This document shows positions 30,055-38,959 of a DNA stretch of 64,000 bases, in pieces. Under the pieces are notes generated by a model. The model did not search any database. It was not told where the DNA came from and saw only the letters and a list, made by a program, of their open reading frames with translations. How positions within the stretch are numbered: the stretch's first letter is position 1; every line of letters starts with the position of its first letter. Both the position numbers and the translations under genes were made by a program. The DNA comes from Opitutales bacterium (GTDB taxonomy: Bacteria > Verrucomicrobiota > Verrucomicrobiia > Opitutales > JBHJGM01): NCBI GenBank assembly GCA_050331595.1, contig JBHJGQ010000012.1, positions 24,112-88,111 of the forward strand, read 5' to 3'.

Positions 30055-31365
30055 ATGAGCGGTTCGGAGAACACTTTTTCGCGTTGGCAGGAAGCGGTCG
30101 CGGGCGGTCCAGAGCACGCCGCTGCGCACTACCTGGCCCGGGTCGAGGCGCTGGCCGATGACACGCGCTACGCGGTCTACGCCCACGTGCCTGCGCGCGA
30201 TGACCTGGCACAGGCCTTCGCGCAGGCGGTATCCGAACACACCGGAGCGCTGCGGGGGATTCCCGTCGCGGTGAAAGATCTCTTCGACGTACCTGGCCTT
30301 CCAACCCGGGCCAGCTCGCGTTTTCTGGCTCAGGAACGCGCGGACACCTCTAGCGGTTCTGCCGTGCAGCGCTTGATGGCCAACCACGGTCTGGTCTACG
30401 CGGGCAAGACGCACCTCAATGAATTCGCTTACGGGCTCAGCGGCGATAACGTGCACTTTGGCAGCGTTCCGCACCCAAAGAAACCGCAGGGAGGTCGGCT
30501 CAGCGGCGGCTCCAGCAGCGGTTCGGCCTTTGCGGTGGGTGCCGGGCTGACCCCGCTGGCCTTTGGTACGGATACAGGGGGATCCATTCGCGTGCCGGCG
30601 GCTTTTTGCGGGATCGTCGGTCTGCGCCTCACGCCTGAGCACTCGCTCTCCAAGGACGGCTGTTTCCCACTCTCGCCTCTGTTCGACACGGCGGGGTGGT
30701 TCACGTCCACGCCCGAGGACATGCGCCAGTCCATCGAAGTGCTGCTGCCGCAGCTGGGGGCGGACTGCGGCGAGGACTTCAAGATCACCGGGGCGTACCT
30801 GCCAGAACTTGCGGGTCCCCTCGATGCAGAAGTGGCCGCGGCCCTCGAACGGTGCGCCCGCAGCCTGTTGGACACCCCCGCCGACGCCGGCCTGGAGGCC
30901 GACCTGACGCAGGCGCTGGCCGAGTTGCACAGCACTTTTTCGACGATCCAGAGCCACGACGCCTACGGGGTCCATGCACCGTGGCTGGACAAGCATCGCA
31001 GCGAGTACGACCCCGTGGTATGGGACCGCATCGACCGTGGGCGCCGCTGGACGCCCAAACAGCTGAACACCGCCCGCGAACATCGCGCAGCGGTTGTCGC
31101 GCAGATTGGAAGCTACTTCGACGCCCATACCGTCTTGCTGATCCCGGCAACGCCCGGTCCCTCGCCCCTGGCCAAGGAAAACGACCTGCGCTACCGCCAG
31201 CGCCTGCTCGATCTCGGTGCGCCCGGAAGCCTGGGCGGTTACCCCGCGCTGTCCTTGCCGGTGCCTCTGGGCGACGGGCTCACCGTGGGCCTGCAGGTCC
31301 TGTTCCCGAGCCTCGAACGGGCGGGCGCGCGGCAAGTCCTGGAACGCTTTCAGGCCGCCGGGTAG
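30055..31365 (+). CDS. amidase signature family enzyme (AtzE/GatA-like)
   Basis: AVKDLFD, GKTHLNEFAYG, GGSSSGS, GTDTGGSIRVPAAFCG (Lys-Ser-Ser triad). Confidence 0.9.
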   Translation: MSGSENTFSRWQEAVAGGPEHAAAHYLARVEALADDTRYAVYAHVPARDDLAQAFAQAVSEHTGALRGIPVAVKDLFDVPGLPTRASSRFLAQERADTSSGSAVQRLMANHGLVYAGKTHLNEFAYGLSGDNVHFGSVPHPKKPQGGRLSGGSSSGSAFAVGAGLTPLAFGTDTGGSIRVPAAFCGIVGLRLTPEHSLSKDGCFPLSPLFDTAGWFTSTPEDMRQSIEVLLPQLGADCGEDFKITGAYLPELAGPLDAEVAAALERCARSLLDTPADAGLEADLTQALAELHSTFSTIQSHDAYGVHAPWLDKHRSEYDPVVWDRIDRGRRWTPKQLNTAREHRAAVVAQIGSYFDAHTVLLIPATPGPSPLAKENDLRYRQRLLDLGAPGSLGGYPALSLPVPLGDGLTVGLQVLFPSLERAGARQVLERFQAAG

Positions 31366-31382
31366 TCCGTCGGCCCGAAACT

Positions 31383-32384
31383 TCAGCCGGTGGCGGCGGT
31401 TGCCGGGCCGCTGCGCTGCGACAGACGCTCGCGGTAGGCCAGGTGCCAGCGAACGGTCTGGCGGAAGCCGTCGAAGGGATCCCAGCGCGGCTCCCAGCCC
31501 AGCAGGCGGCGTGCTTTGGCAGGGTCGGCGAGGGTCGCGTGCATGTCGGCCTGGTGCGCGGGATGGTGGATCACGTCGGCCTTTTGCCCCAGCGCGTTCT
31601 CCAGACACTCGATCAATGCGTTCACGCTGACGGGCCGGTCACCTCGGCCCAGGTTGAAAATTTCATAGCCCACCGGCCGCAGCGCGGCCACCACTCCCGA
31701 GGCGATGTCGTCGATGTAGGTGAAGTCGCGTTCCTGCGTGCCGTCGCCATAGATCTGCAGGGGCGCACCTTGCAGAATTCCCTGGATGAAGCGAAAGACA
31801 GCCATGTCGGGGCGTCCGCGCGGGCCAAACACCGTGAAAAAGCGGGTGATGCTGACGTCGAGGCCGTAGAGGTGATGGTAGGTATAGGCCATCGCTTCGG
31901 CGGCTTTTTTGGTGGCCGCATAGGGCGAGATCGGGCGGTCCACCGGCTGGTCTTCGCGAAAGGGCGTGGGCTGACCCGCGTAGAGCGAACTCGTCGAAGC
32001 CAACACCATCTTGCGGATTTCATGGCGACGCATCGCTTCCAACAGATGCAGGCATCCGGTCACGTTTGTGCCGATGTAGGCCTGCGGCTGCTCCATGCTG
32101 GCGCGAACTCCGGCGCGCGCCGCCAGATTGACCACGGCTCCAAACTGCTGCCGGTGAAAGAGCCTGTCGACCGCCGCCGCATCTTCGATGTCCAGGGCCT
32201 CAAACGCGAACCCGTCCAGGCGCTCCAGATCCTCCAGTCGAATCTGTTTGAGCAACGGGTCGTAGGCAGCGTTGACGTTGTCGATGCCCAGCACGCGATG
32301 GCCGGCCTCCAGGAGGCATTCGCAGGTGCGCGCCCCAATGAATCCGGCCGCGCCGGTGACTAAAATCGGCAGATGACTCTCCAT
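31383..32384 (-). CDS. NAD-dependent epimerase (UDP-glucuronate 4-epimerase-like)
   Basis: VTGAAGFIG, LAARAGVR, ASTSS, YAATKKA, RFFTVFGPRGRPDMA, RDFTYIDD. Confidence 0.92.
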   Translation of the reverse strand: MESHLPILVTGAAGFIGARTCECLLEAGHRVLGIDNVNAAYDPLLKQIRLEDLERLDGFAFEALDIEDAAAVDRLFHRQQFGAVVNLAARAGVRASMEQPQAYIGTNVTGCLHLLEAMRRHEIRKMVLASTSSLYAGQPTPFREDQPVDRPISPYAATKKAAEAMAYTYHHLYGLDVSITRFFTVFGPRGRPDMAVFRFIQGILQGAPLQIYGDGTQERDFTYIDDIASGVVAALRPVGYEIFNLGRGDRPVSVNALIECLENALGQKADVIHHPAHQADMHATLADPAKARRLLGWEPRWDPFDGFRQTVRWHLAYRERLSQRSGPATAATG

Positions 32385-32495
32385 GCCCTCGTTGCCTGAG
32401 TGTTACGCCCGAATGACGACCTGAAGCAACCGCTAAAGCAGGCAGGCAGATGCGGCTTTACCGAACGCAGCGGGGCACTTAGTCTCGTTCTGGAG

Positions 32496-33461
32496 GTGAG
32501 GGAAACGACCGTATCAACAACGGGCGAGCCGGAGGGGATCGTGCTGCCCGCAGCCACGCGGGAGGCCATTGAGGCCTATCGGGATCACTTGGAGCACGCA
32601 CGGCAAGTGGCACCAGCGACCGTGCACAACTACCTGCACGCCATCACCGGCTTTTTCGAGTGGTGGGTCACGCAGGGTGGCGGCTCGGGCGAACTGCGCG
32701 ACGTCACTCCGCGCCAGCTGCGCGGCTTCATTGTACAGCTCAGCCAAGCGAGGTCGCCACGAACGATCAGCCTCTGGGCCTCGGCTTTGCGCAGCTTTTT
32801 CCAGCTGGTCGGCGAGCGTGGCTGGATCTCCAGCAATCCGGCCACGCTTTTGACCGTACCTAAAAGGCCGCGGACACTGCCACGTTACTTCACGCAGGCT
32901 CAGATCGACGACTTTCTCGAACTGCCGTTGAAGGAATGCGTCGCCGGACGCCTCAGCGAGCGCGAGGCCCGGCGCGACCGTCTGATCTTCGAGTTGTTTT
33001 ATGGCGCGGGACTGCGCATCAGCGAGCTGGCCGCGGTGCGCTTCGGCAACGTGGACACTCAAGCGGGCACAGTGCGCGTGCTGGGCAAGGGTGGCCGGGA
33101 ACGCGTTTGCCCGATAGGCGAAGTCGCCTTGCAGTGCTTCGCGGATTGGCGTGGGTGCCTGGAGGTTGCCCCGAGTCCGCAAGACCCGGTTTTCTTTGCC
33201 CGGTCTAGGCTCCGTCCAATGAGTCCGCGCACCATTCAGGTGAGGATGAAACATTACTTGCAACTGGCGGGCCTGCCCACGGACCTGACCCCGCACAAGC
33301 TGCGCCATTCCTTTGCCACGCACCTGCTCAATCAGGGGGCGGAGATTCGGGTGGTGCAGGAATTATTGGGCCACCGCCGGCTCTCAACCACACAGGTGTA
33401 TGCCCACGTGAGCCTGGCGCACCTCAAGGATGCCCATGCACGCGCCCATCCACGAGCCTGA
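32496..33461 (+). CDS. xerC: tyrosine recombinase XerC/XerD-like
   Basis: GLRISEL, GKGGRER, HKLRHSFATHLL, LLGH, TTQVY, HPRA C-terminus; start estimated. Confidence 0.88.
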   Translation: MRETTVSTTGEPEGIVLPAATREAIEAYRDHLEHARQVAPATVHNYLHAITGFFEWWVTQGGGSGELRDVTPRQLRGFIVQLSQARSPRTISLWASALRSFFQLVGERGWISSNPATLLTVPKRPRTLPRYFTQAQIDDFLELPLKECVAGRLSEREARRDRLIFELFYGAGLRISELAAVRFGNVDTQAGTVRVLGKGGRERVCPIGEVALQCFADWRGCLEVAPSPQDPVFFARSRLRPMSPRTIQVRMKHYLQLAGLPTDLTPHKLRHSFATHLLNQGAEIRVVQELLGHRRLSTTQVYAHVSLAHLKDAHARAHPRA

Positions 33462-33679
33462 TCCTGGGAGATTCTTGAGCAAAATCTCCAGAAAAGGGTC
33501 CACGGGGTCGACTTGTTGGCCCGATCCCTCACGCGCGCGCACTTCCTCCGGACCTTGGCACGCAAAAAGCAAAAACCCCATGGGCCACAGCGTCTTTTGC
33601 CTGATTTCTGACGAAGCGGCTGGCGTATCATGCACCTTTCCCCTAGGGTCCTCAGTCTATTCGACACGCTCATCCTGAC

Positions 33680-34606
33680 ATGATTGGAAGCACCAACGAC
33701 AACCGCCTTTCGCTTGCGCTGGCCAAAGTGCTCGTGGCGGCCGCCTGGGCCGACGGCTCGCTTCAGCCCGAGGAGCGCGAGTGCTTTGAGGATTTGCTCT
33801 TTCTGCTGCCCGACCTGCCCACCGAGCAATGGCCCGAACTCAAGCGCCTGCTCAACGCGGCGCCTTCGGCAGCCGACCGGGCCGCGGCCGTGGCTGAATT
33901 GAAAACCGCGATGGCCCTGGAAGGCTCGCCGGACTTTGTCGGCTACGCCCTAGACCGAATGATCCGCGCCGATGGCGAGGTGACCGAGGCCGAAGAAGCC
34001 CTTGTGCAATCCGTCGAAGCTGCCTTGGCTTCGGGCGAAGGCGACGATGCGGCGCTCTCCGGCATTTTGGACGGCCCGCTTGAACGCCGGGCGGAATCCA
34101 ATCGTCGTTCACGCCGCGAGGGTCACGACATTGAGGATTACCTGGCGCGCAAGTACAGCGACTACACCCGCGCCAACACCACGCCGCCGTTTTCGCGCAA
34201 CGACCAGCACAAGTTCGTTCTCGGGGGCATCCTGATGGCGCGCGTGGTCAAGGCCGACGACCGCATCGACGAGGAGGAGAAGGAAATCGTCAGCAGATTC
34301 TTGCGCGAGCGCTGGCGGCTCAGCGCCATCGACGCCGAACGCGCCACCGAGATTGCGCTCGACGACGAGGTTGCCGGTTTCGACATCATTCGCGTCTGCC
34401 GCCTTTTTTACGAACTGACCACCGAGACCGAGCGGGTGCAGTTTCTGGACATTCTCTTTAAGGTCGCACTGGTCGACGGCCAGCTGACCGACTCAGAGGT
34501 GCACGAGGTCCTCAACATCACAGCCAACTTGAAGCTGGAGCAGAGCTATTTCCAGCAGGCGCTGTTGCGGGCGGGCGTTCAGCCTTCAGGCTTCACCGTG
34601 GACTAA
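33680..34606 (+). CDS. tandem TerB-like domain protein
   Basis: AAAWADG...ADGEVTEAE and VVKADDRIDEEE...VALVDGQLTDSE TerB-type motifs. Confidence 0.78.
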   Translation: MIGSTNDNRLSLALAKVLVAAAWADGSLQPEERECFEDLLFLLPDLPTEQWPELKRLLNAAPSAADRAAAVAELKTAMALEGSPDFVGYALDRMIRADGEVTEAEEALVQSVEAALASGEGDDAALSGILDGPLERRAESNRRSRREGHDIEDYLARKYSDYTRANTTPPFSRNDQHKFVLGGILMARVVKADDRIDEEEKEIVSRFLRERWRLSAIDAERATEIALDDEVAGFDIIRVCRLFYELTTETERVQFLDILFKVALVDGQLTDSEVHEVLNITANLKLEQSYFQQALLRAGVQPSGFTVD

Positions 34607-35665
34607 GACAGACCCGCGGGCTTCGGTCGGGTTCAGGACCGCCTCGCGCGCTTGCGCCATCCAGACCCGCTTCTGCGGTGCGTCGGCCTCGAGCGGCAAC
34701 TGCGCCACCCCGATGAGCCGCCGCAGAATCTCCACGCCGGCCAACTGCAGCGCGAGATCCATGTCGATGCTGTGGGGCAGGGTGCGGTAACCTTCCATAA
34801 AGCCGTTGCGCACGGACGGTGCCTGGCGCGCCAGATGCAAGTGCGCCAACGCCACGCCCACATCGAATTCGGGCCGACCCACGAAGCCGAACTCCGGGTC
34901 GATCACGCAAAGGCGTTCCTTGGACCGCATCCAGCTGCCGGGAAAGTAATCCCCGTGTAGCAGGCACGCACCCTCGTCGCTCAGATAAACGTCTTCGCCC
35001 AGTTGCTGGATCGCCGCAACCAGCGCCACTTCGCCTTGAATTTCCGAGGCCGCCTGGGCCAGCCCCGGGGTGAGGGCGTCAAGGTCCTGACCATTGTTCG
35101 CGCGGAACGGAAACGCAAAGATGTGCTCGTGGTTGAGCTGGCGCATTTCGCGGTTGGGAAAGGTTTTGCCGCCCAAATCAATCCGGTGCACCCGGGCCAA
35201 CCAGACACCGAGCGCATGCGCTTCATCCGAGCCGAGCGGCTCCCGATCGTACAGACCCATCAGCGAGGGGGACTCGCCCAGGTCTTCGAACACCGCCAGG
35301 CGGTTGTCGCGGTCGAGATGGTCGAGGTGGGGCAGGGCGGCAGCGACGTCGGCATCGCCTGCCGCCAGTTCGAAGAAACGCGCCTCGGCCAGGATGCGGT
35401 CCGCAGGTGCCGGAATGTGCGGGTACTTTTCGACCCAGGGGCGCGATTGCTTGAGGATGCGCGAACGCTGGTCCGTCTGCACGCGCACCACGCAGTTCAT
35501 GTTCCCGTCGCCGGCTCGGCCGGCCTGCAGCACGCGTTCATCCGGCTCGAGCAGGCGACAGGATTCGAGGTACCGGGTGATGGGGCCCAGCGCCTCGGCT
35601 TCGAGAAAGAAAAAGTCGGGATGCTCGGCGCGGAATTGCTCGGGGGTCATGAAAGCCTGAGTCAC
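34586..35665 (-). CDS. methylthioribose kinase-like phosphotransferase (APH/MtnK family)
   Basis: GDGNMNCVVRV, LKQSRPWV, LLHGDYFPGS, VIDPEFGF.G..EFDVG, GVEILRRLIG. Confidence 0.78.
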   Translation of the reverse strand: MTQAFMTPEQFRAEHPDFFFLEAEALGPITRYLESCRLLEPDERVLQAGRAGDGNMNCVVRVQTDQRSRILKQSRPWVEKYPHIPAPADRILAEARFFELAAGDADVAAALPHLDHLDRDNRLAVFEDLGESPSLMGLYDREPLGSDEAHALGVWLARVHRIDLGGKTFPNREMRQLNHEHIFAFPFRANNGQDLDALTPGLAQAASEIQGEVALVAAIQQLGEDVYLSDEGACLLHGDYFPGSWMRSKERLCVIDPEFGFVGRPEFDVGVALAHLHLARQAPSVRNGFMEGYRTLPHSIDMDLALQLAGVEILRRLIGVAQLPLEADAPQKRVWMAQAREAVLNPTEARGSVLVHGEA

Positions 35666-35721
35666 GAAAACCCGACAGGCTTCCCGCAGGCTTGTGCCGG
35701 AGCAACGTTAAAGCACCGGGT

Positions 35722-37176
35722 CTAGAACTTGAAGATGACCGCGCCCTGAAAGCGGTGGCTGACGGCATCGTCCTGGCCCTTGTAGCCGGTTTCGATGTAG
35801 CTGTATTCAAAGGCCAGCTCCAGCGGATCGAGCCCGCTCCAATAGGCGTTGGCTGTACCCAGGAAGTTGAAGGTGCGATCGTCGATGTTCAGGTCGCTGT
35901 TGCGCGGATTGTCGACCCCGGCGCCCGCGGCGAGTTTCCAGTCCTCGGCCGGCGTGTACAGGACCTGACCCCAACCACCGCTGGAGGCGATCTCTGTGCC
36001 CAGCGTGCCGTTGACCCCCTGGCCGATGCCGGCGAAGAAATCGTCGAGGTTGGCACCGGTCCAAACCGAGCCCTGGACGGCCAGGCGCTCCGTAAACGGC
36101 ACAAAGAAACTCCCGATCAGCGACCAGGTATTGAAGTTCTGCTCGCCCGCGGCAACGGACGCCCCCCGGTCCACCTCCTCCTGGCCGTAGTGGCCGCTGA
36201 AGCTGACCTTGGCCTTGGTCTTTTCGAGGCCAAAGACCGGCTGCTCGTAGCAGAGATTCCACTGCACGTGGGGGAAACCGGCGTCGGCCCCGTCATCGGT
36301 GCTCAGGCCCTCGACGTCGTCGCCGATGGTGCGGCCCAGCCCGACTTTGGAGACGAGCGTGCCCTGGCCCAGCGGCGTGCGCCGGGTGTAGCGCACCTGA
36401 GGTCGCCGGAAGCCCACCCGGCCTTGGAAACCGAAGTACGAAAAGTTGACGCTGCGCGGCAGCACGGTGATGAGCGTGTCCCAATCCTGCCCGGCCAACA
36501 GCGACCAGTTGGGCTTCTTGTACTCGGCGTAACCCAGGCGCAGACGCGGGTTGGGCTTGTTTTCTGCGCCGCCGCCGAAGAAATCCAGCTCCAGCTTGCC
36601 AAAGACCTCGGCGTTGCCGTGGGCCGGAGCATCGATCTTCAAGCCGATGCGGGTTTGATTGGCCGTGAGATTGAATTCGTCGTCAGCCCCGCCTTCATCC
36701 GGCAGCGCGAAGAAGGCCAGGTTACCATTCTTCACCTGCTGGGTGTCGTAGGAGCCGTCGAGCTTCACGAAACCGTACAGGCAGGCGCGGTACTTGGAAG
36801 TGATGAACTGCAGCGGCTCCTGGCTGGGGACCTTCTCGCCGGAGAGGTAGGGGACGCCCTTCGAGCCGCCCTCAATGTAGGTGACCTCGCAGACGCGGTC
36901 CAGCGTGACCGTCTGGGCCTCGACGGTCTCGCTCAGGCTGGCCAGTTGAGCGCGCAGTTCGGCGACTTCCGCCCGCAAACTGGCTTCGGTTTGCGTCGAA
37001 GCTGCCGGTTGTTCGATGCGGGCTTCGATCGAGTCCAAACGGGCGTTGAGCGCACGCAGCGCGGTGGCAACGTCGGTTTCCGATGCGCTCTGCGCGCAGA
37101 CGACGGTCGTTGATAAAGTGAATGCAAGGACACCTGCCCCCAGGCGCTCCCACAGCGTACCATAGCGATGTTTCAT
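35722..37176 (-). CDS. DcaP-like outer-membrane porin with N-terminal coiled coil
   Basis: Signal peptide, coiled coil, YGFVKLD, QTRIG, ELDFFG, RLRLGY, LLAGQDW, RRPQVRY, terminal Phe. Confidence 0.8.
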   Translation of the reverse strand: MKHRYGTLWERLGAGVLAFTLSTTVVCAQSASETDVATALRALNARLDSIEARIEQPAASTQTEASLRAEVAELRAQLASLSETVEAQTVTLDRVCEVTYIEGGSKGVPYLSGEKVPSQEPLQFITSKYRACLYGFVKLDGSYDTQQVKNGNLAFFALPDEGGADDEFNLTANQTRIGLKIDAPAHGNAEVFGKLELDFFGGGAENKPNPRLRLGYAEYKKPNWSLLAGQDWDTLITVLPRSVNFSYFGFQGRVGFRRPQVRYTRRTPLGQGTLVSKVGLGRTIGDDVEGLSTDDGADAGFPHVQWNLCYEQPVFGLEKTKAKVSFSGHYGQEEVDRGASVAAGEQNFNTWSLIGSFFVPFTERLAVQGSVWTGANLDDFFAGIGQGVNGTLGTEIASSGGWGQVLYTPAEDWKLAAGAGVDNPRNSDLNIDDRTFNFLGTANAYWSGLDPLELAFEYSYIETGYKGQDDAVSHRFQGAVIFKF

Positions 37177-37350
37177 CGATTCGCTCCCCATTGAGTTTCT
37201 CCGGCCCTTTCTTGAGTGCACAGGTCCGGATAAGGAGCAGGTCGACCCTCGCCAGGACCGCCTGTAGCCGCCGCGAAAATTTCAGAAGCTTTTGACTATC
37301 AGTCTCTCGATCGTCAGAAGCGGCGCTTCCAGCCTAACAATTTTGCGCGC

Positions 37351-38826
37351 TTAGCAGGGTCGGGTAGGGTCGCGTTCGGGGTCGAAGACCTCACCCCGAG
37401 GACCCAGCCCCATGCGTCCCCATTCCCTGAGGTAGCCCGTGTCCACGCTGCGGGACTCCGACAGGGCCTCGACCGCTTCGGGATTCCAGCCATCGAGAAT
37501 CTGCGCTTCAAGCCGCGCCTTGACCTCGGCGTGCCGGGGGGAATCGGTCAGGTCGTTCTGCTCGTGGGGGTCTTCGGCGAGATTGAAGAGACGCGACGGC
37601 ATGCCCAGATGGTAGTGCAGCTTGTACGAGCCCTGCCGCACGCAGCGCGAAGCCGGGAAGCGCAGCTGCCCGAGGCGAATGCACAACTCCGCGAACACTG
37701 CTCGCTCGCGCCAGGTGGCATCCTCGCTCTGCTCCCGACCCTCGATCAGAGGCAACAGGCTGGCCCCGTCGATGGGGCAGGGAAAGGGCGCCTGGGCCAC
37801 GTCGAGACAAGTGGGTAAAACATCCAGTAGGCTGACCGGCGCCGTGACGTGCTGCCTATTTGGACCGAACGGTCTACCTTCACGAAACCGCGCCGCAATC
37901 AGCGGTACGTGCAGCGACGGTTCCAGAAACGAGACCTTGCCGATGCGGTCATGGTCGCAGGCAAACTCCCCGTGATCGCTGGAATACAAGACAATGGTCT
38001 CGCCGGGGAGGCGTTTCGCGGCCTCGATGACACGCCCAAGCCGCTCGTCCAGCCAGGTGATCATCGCGGCGTAGAGCGCCCGGATCTCGCGGCGCTTGGA
38101 CGAAGTCAGGCCGTGAGCGACGACATGGTCGTACTGCAGCGCATCGAAGGGGTGCAGCGCCTCGCGCGGGATTGGCGGCAACGGCGCGTCGTCCTCGGGC
38201 ATGGAGTCCAAAGCCGCCTGGTAATGGGCTTCGGGCACGAAAAAGGGATGGTGCGGCAAGAAGAAGCCCGCCGTCAAAAAGAGTGGGTGCTGCGCGTCTC
38301 TGGGCTGGGACAAAATGTGTTCGCAGGCGAGGGTGACGGCCTCGTCAAACTGAAGCCCGGGACTTTCGGTGAAGCCATAATGCGAGGCCGCGCCCTTGGC
38401 ATTGTTGGCGGCCTGTCGCATCGCGCCTTCGCCCATGGCATGCGGCCCACCGCCCATGCACGCGTTCAAATCGCCCACGTAGCGCTGCTGAAAACCGTGG
38501 CGCTGGTCGGGACCGGAGAAATGCATGCGCCCGGCCAGGATCGTTTCGTAGCCAGCCTGCGCCAGCCCGTGAGCCACAGTTGGCGCATCAGACGGCAGGC
38601 AATGCTCGTTGACGTAAACACCGTTGCGATGCGGGTGGCGGCCCGTCATGACCGACATGCGCGAGGGGCCGCACAGCGGGTAGTTACAATAGGCCTGAGT
38701 GAAGTGGGAGCCCGCCGAGGCGAGCGCATCGAGGTGAGGCGTCCGCGCGAAAAGGTGTCCGAGGCCGCTGAGCCAGTCACCGCGGTGCTGGTCGGAAAAG
38801 AGAAAAATGATGTTGGGCTTAGCCAC
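37351..38826 (-). CDS. sulfatase (choline-sulfatase-like)
   Basis: PNIIFLFSDQH, CGPSR formylglycine motif, GRMHFSGPDQRHGF, SSDHGE, LFNLAEDPHE; GTG start estimated. Confidence 0.9.
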   Translation of the reverse strand: MAKPNIIFLFSDQHRGDWLSGLGHLFARTPHLDALASAGSHFTQAYCNYPLCGPSRMSVMTGRHPHRNGVYVNEHCLPSDAPTVAHGLAQAGYETILAGRMHFSGPDQRHGFQQRYVGDLNACMGGGPHAMGEGAMRQAANNAKGAASHYGFTESPGLQFDEAVTLACEHILSQPRDAQHPLFLTAGFFLPHHPFFVPEAHYQAALDSMPEDDAPLPPIPREALHPFDALQYDHVVAHGLTSSKRREIRALYAAMITWLDERLGRVIEAAKRLPGETIVLYSSDHGEFACDHDRIGKVSFLEPSLHVPLIAARFREGRPFGPNRQHVTAPVSLLDVLPTCLDVAQAPFPCPIDGASLLPLIEGREQSEDATWRERAVFAELCIRLGQLRFPASRCVRQGSYKLHYHLGMPSRLFNLAEDPHEQNDLTDSPRHAEVKARLEAQILDGWNPEAVEALSESRSVDTGYLREWGRMGLGPRGEVFDPERDPTRPC

Positions 38827-38959
38827 GCAGGGCAGGCTGTAACAGGCACACCCAAGGTTCAAGGCCAGAGCCTCCACCGCAACACAAATTAGACATAATA
38901 TTTATTGTGCGAATCAAGCAGCGAGAAGCGACCCAGCCGATCCAGACATAAAAAACCAT

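Noticed and set aside
30055..31365. gatA
   Set aside because: No gatB/gatC adjacent, and the sequence is shorter and divergent outside the amidase signature
32496..33461. Tyrosine recombinase as a phage or island integrase
   Set aside because: XerC/D size and HPRA C-terminus, housekeeping neighbours, no att repeats or mobile cargo
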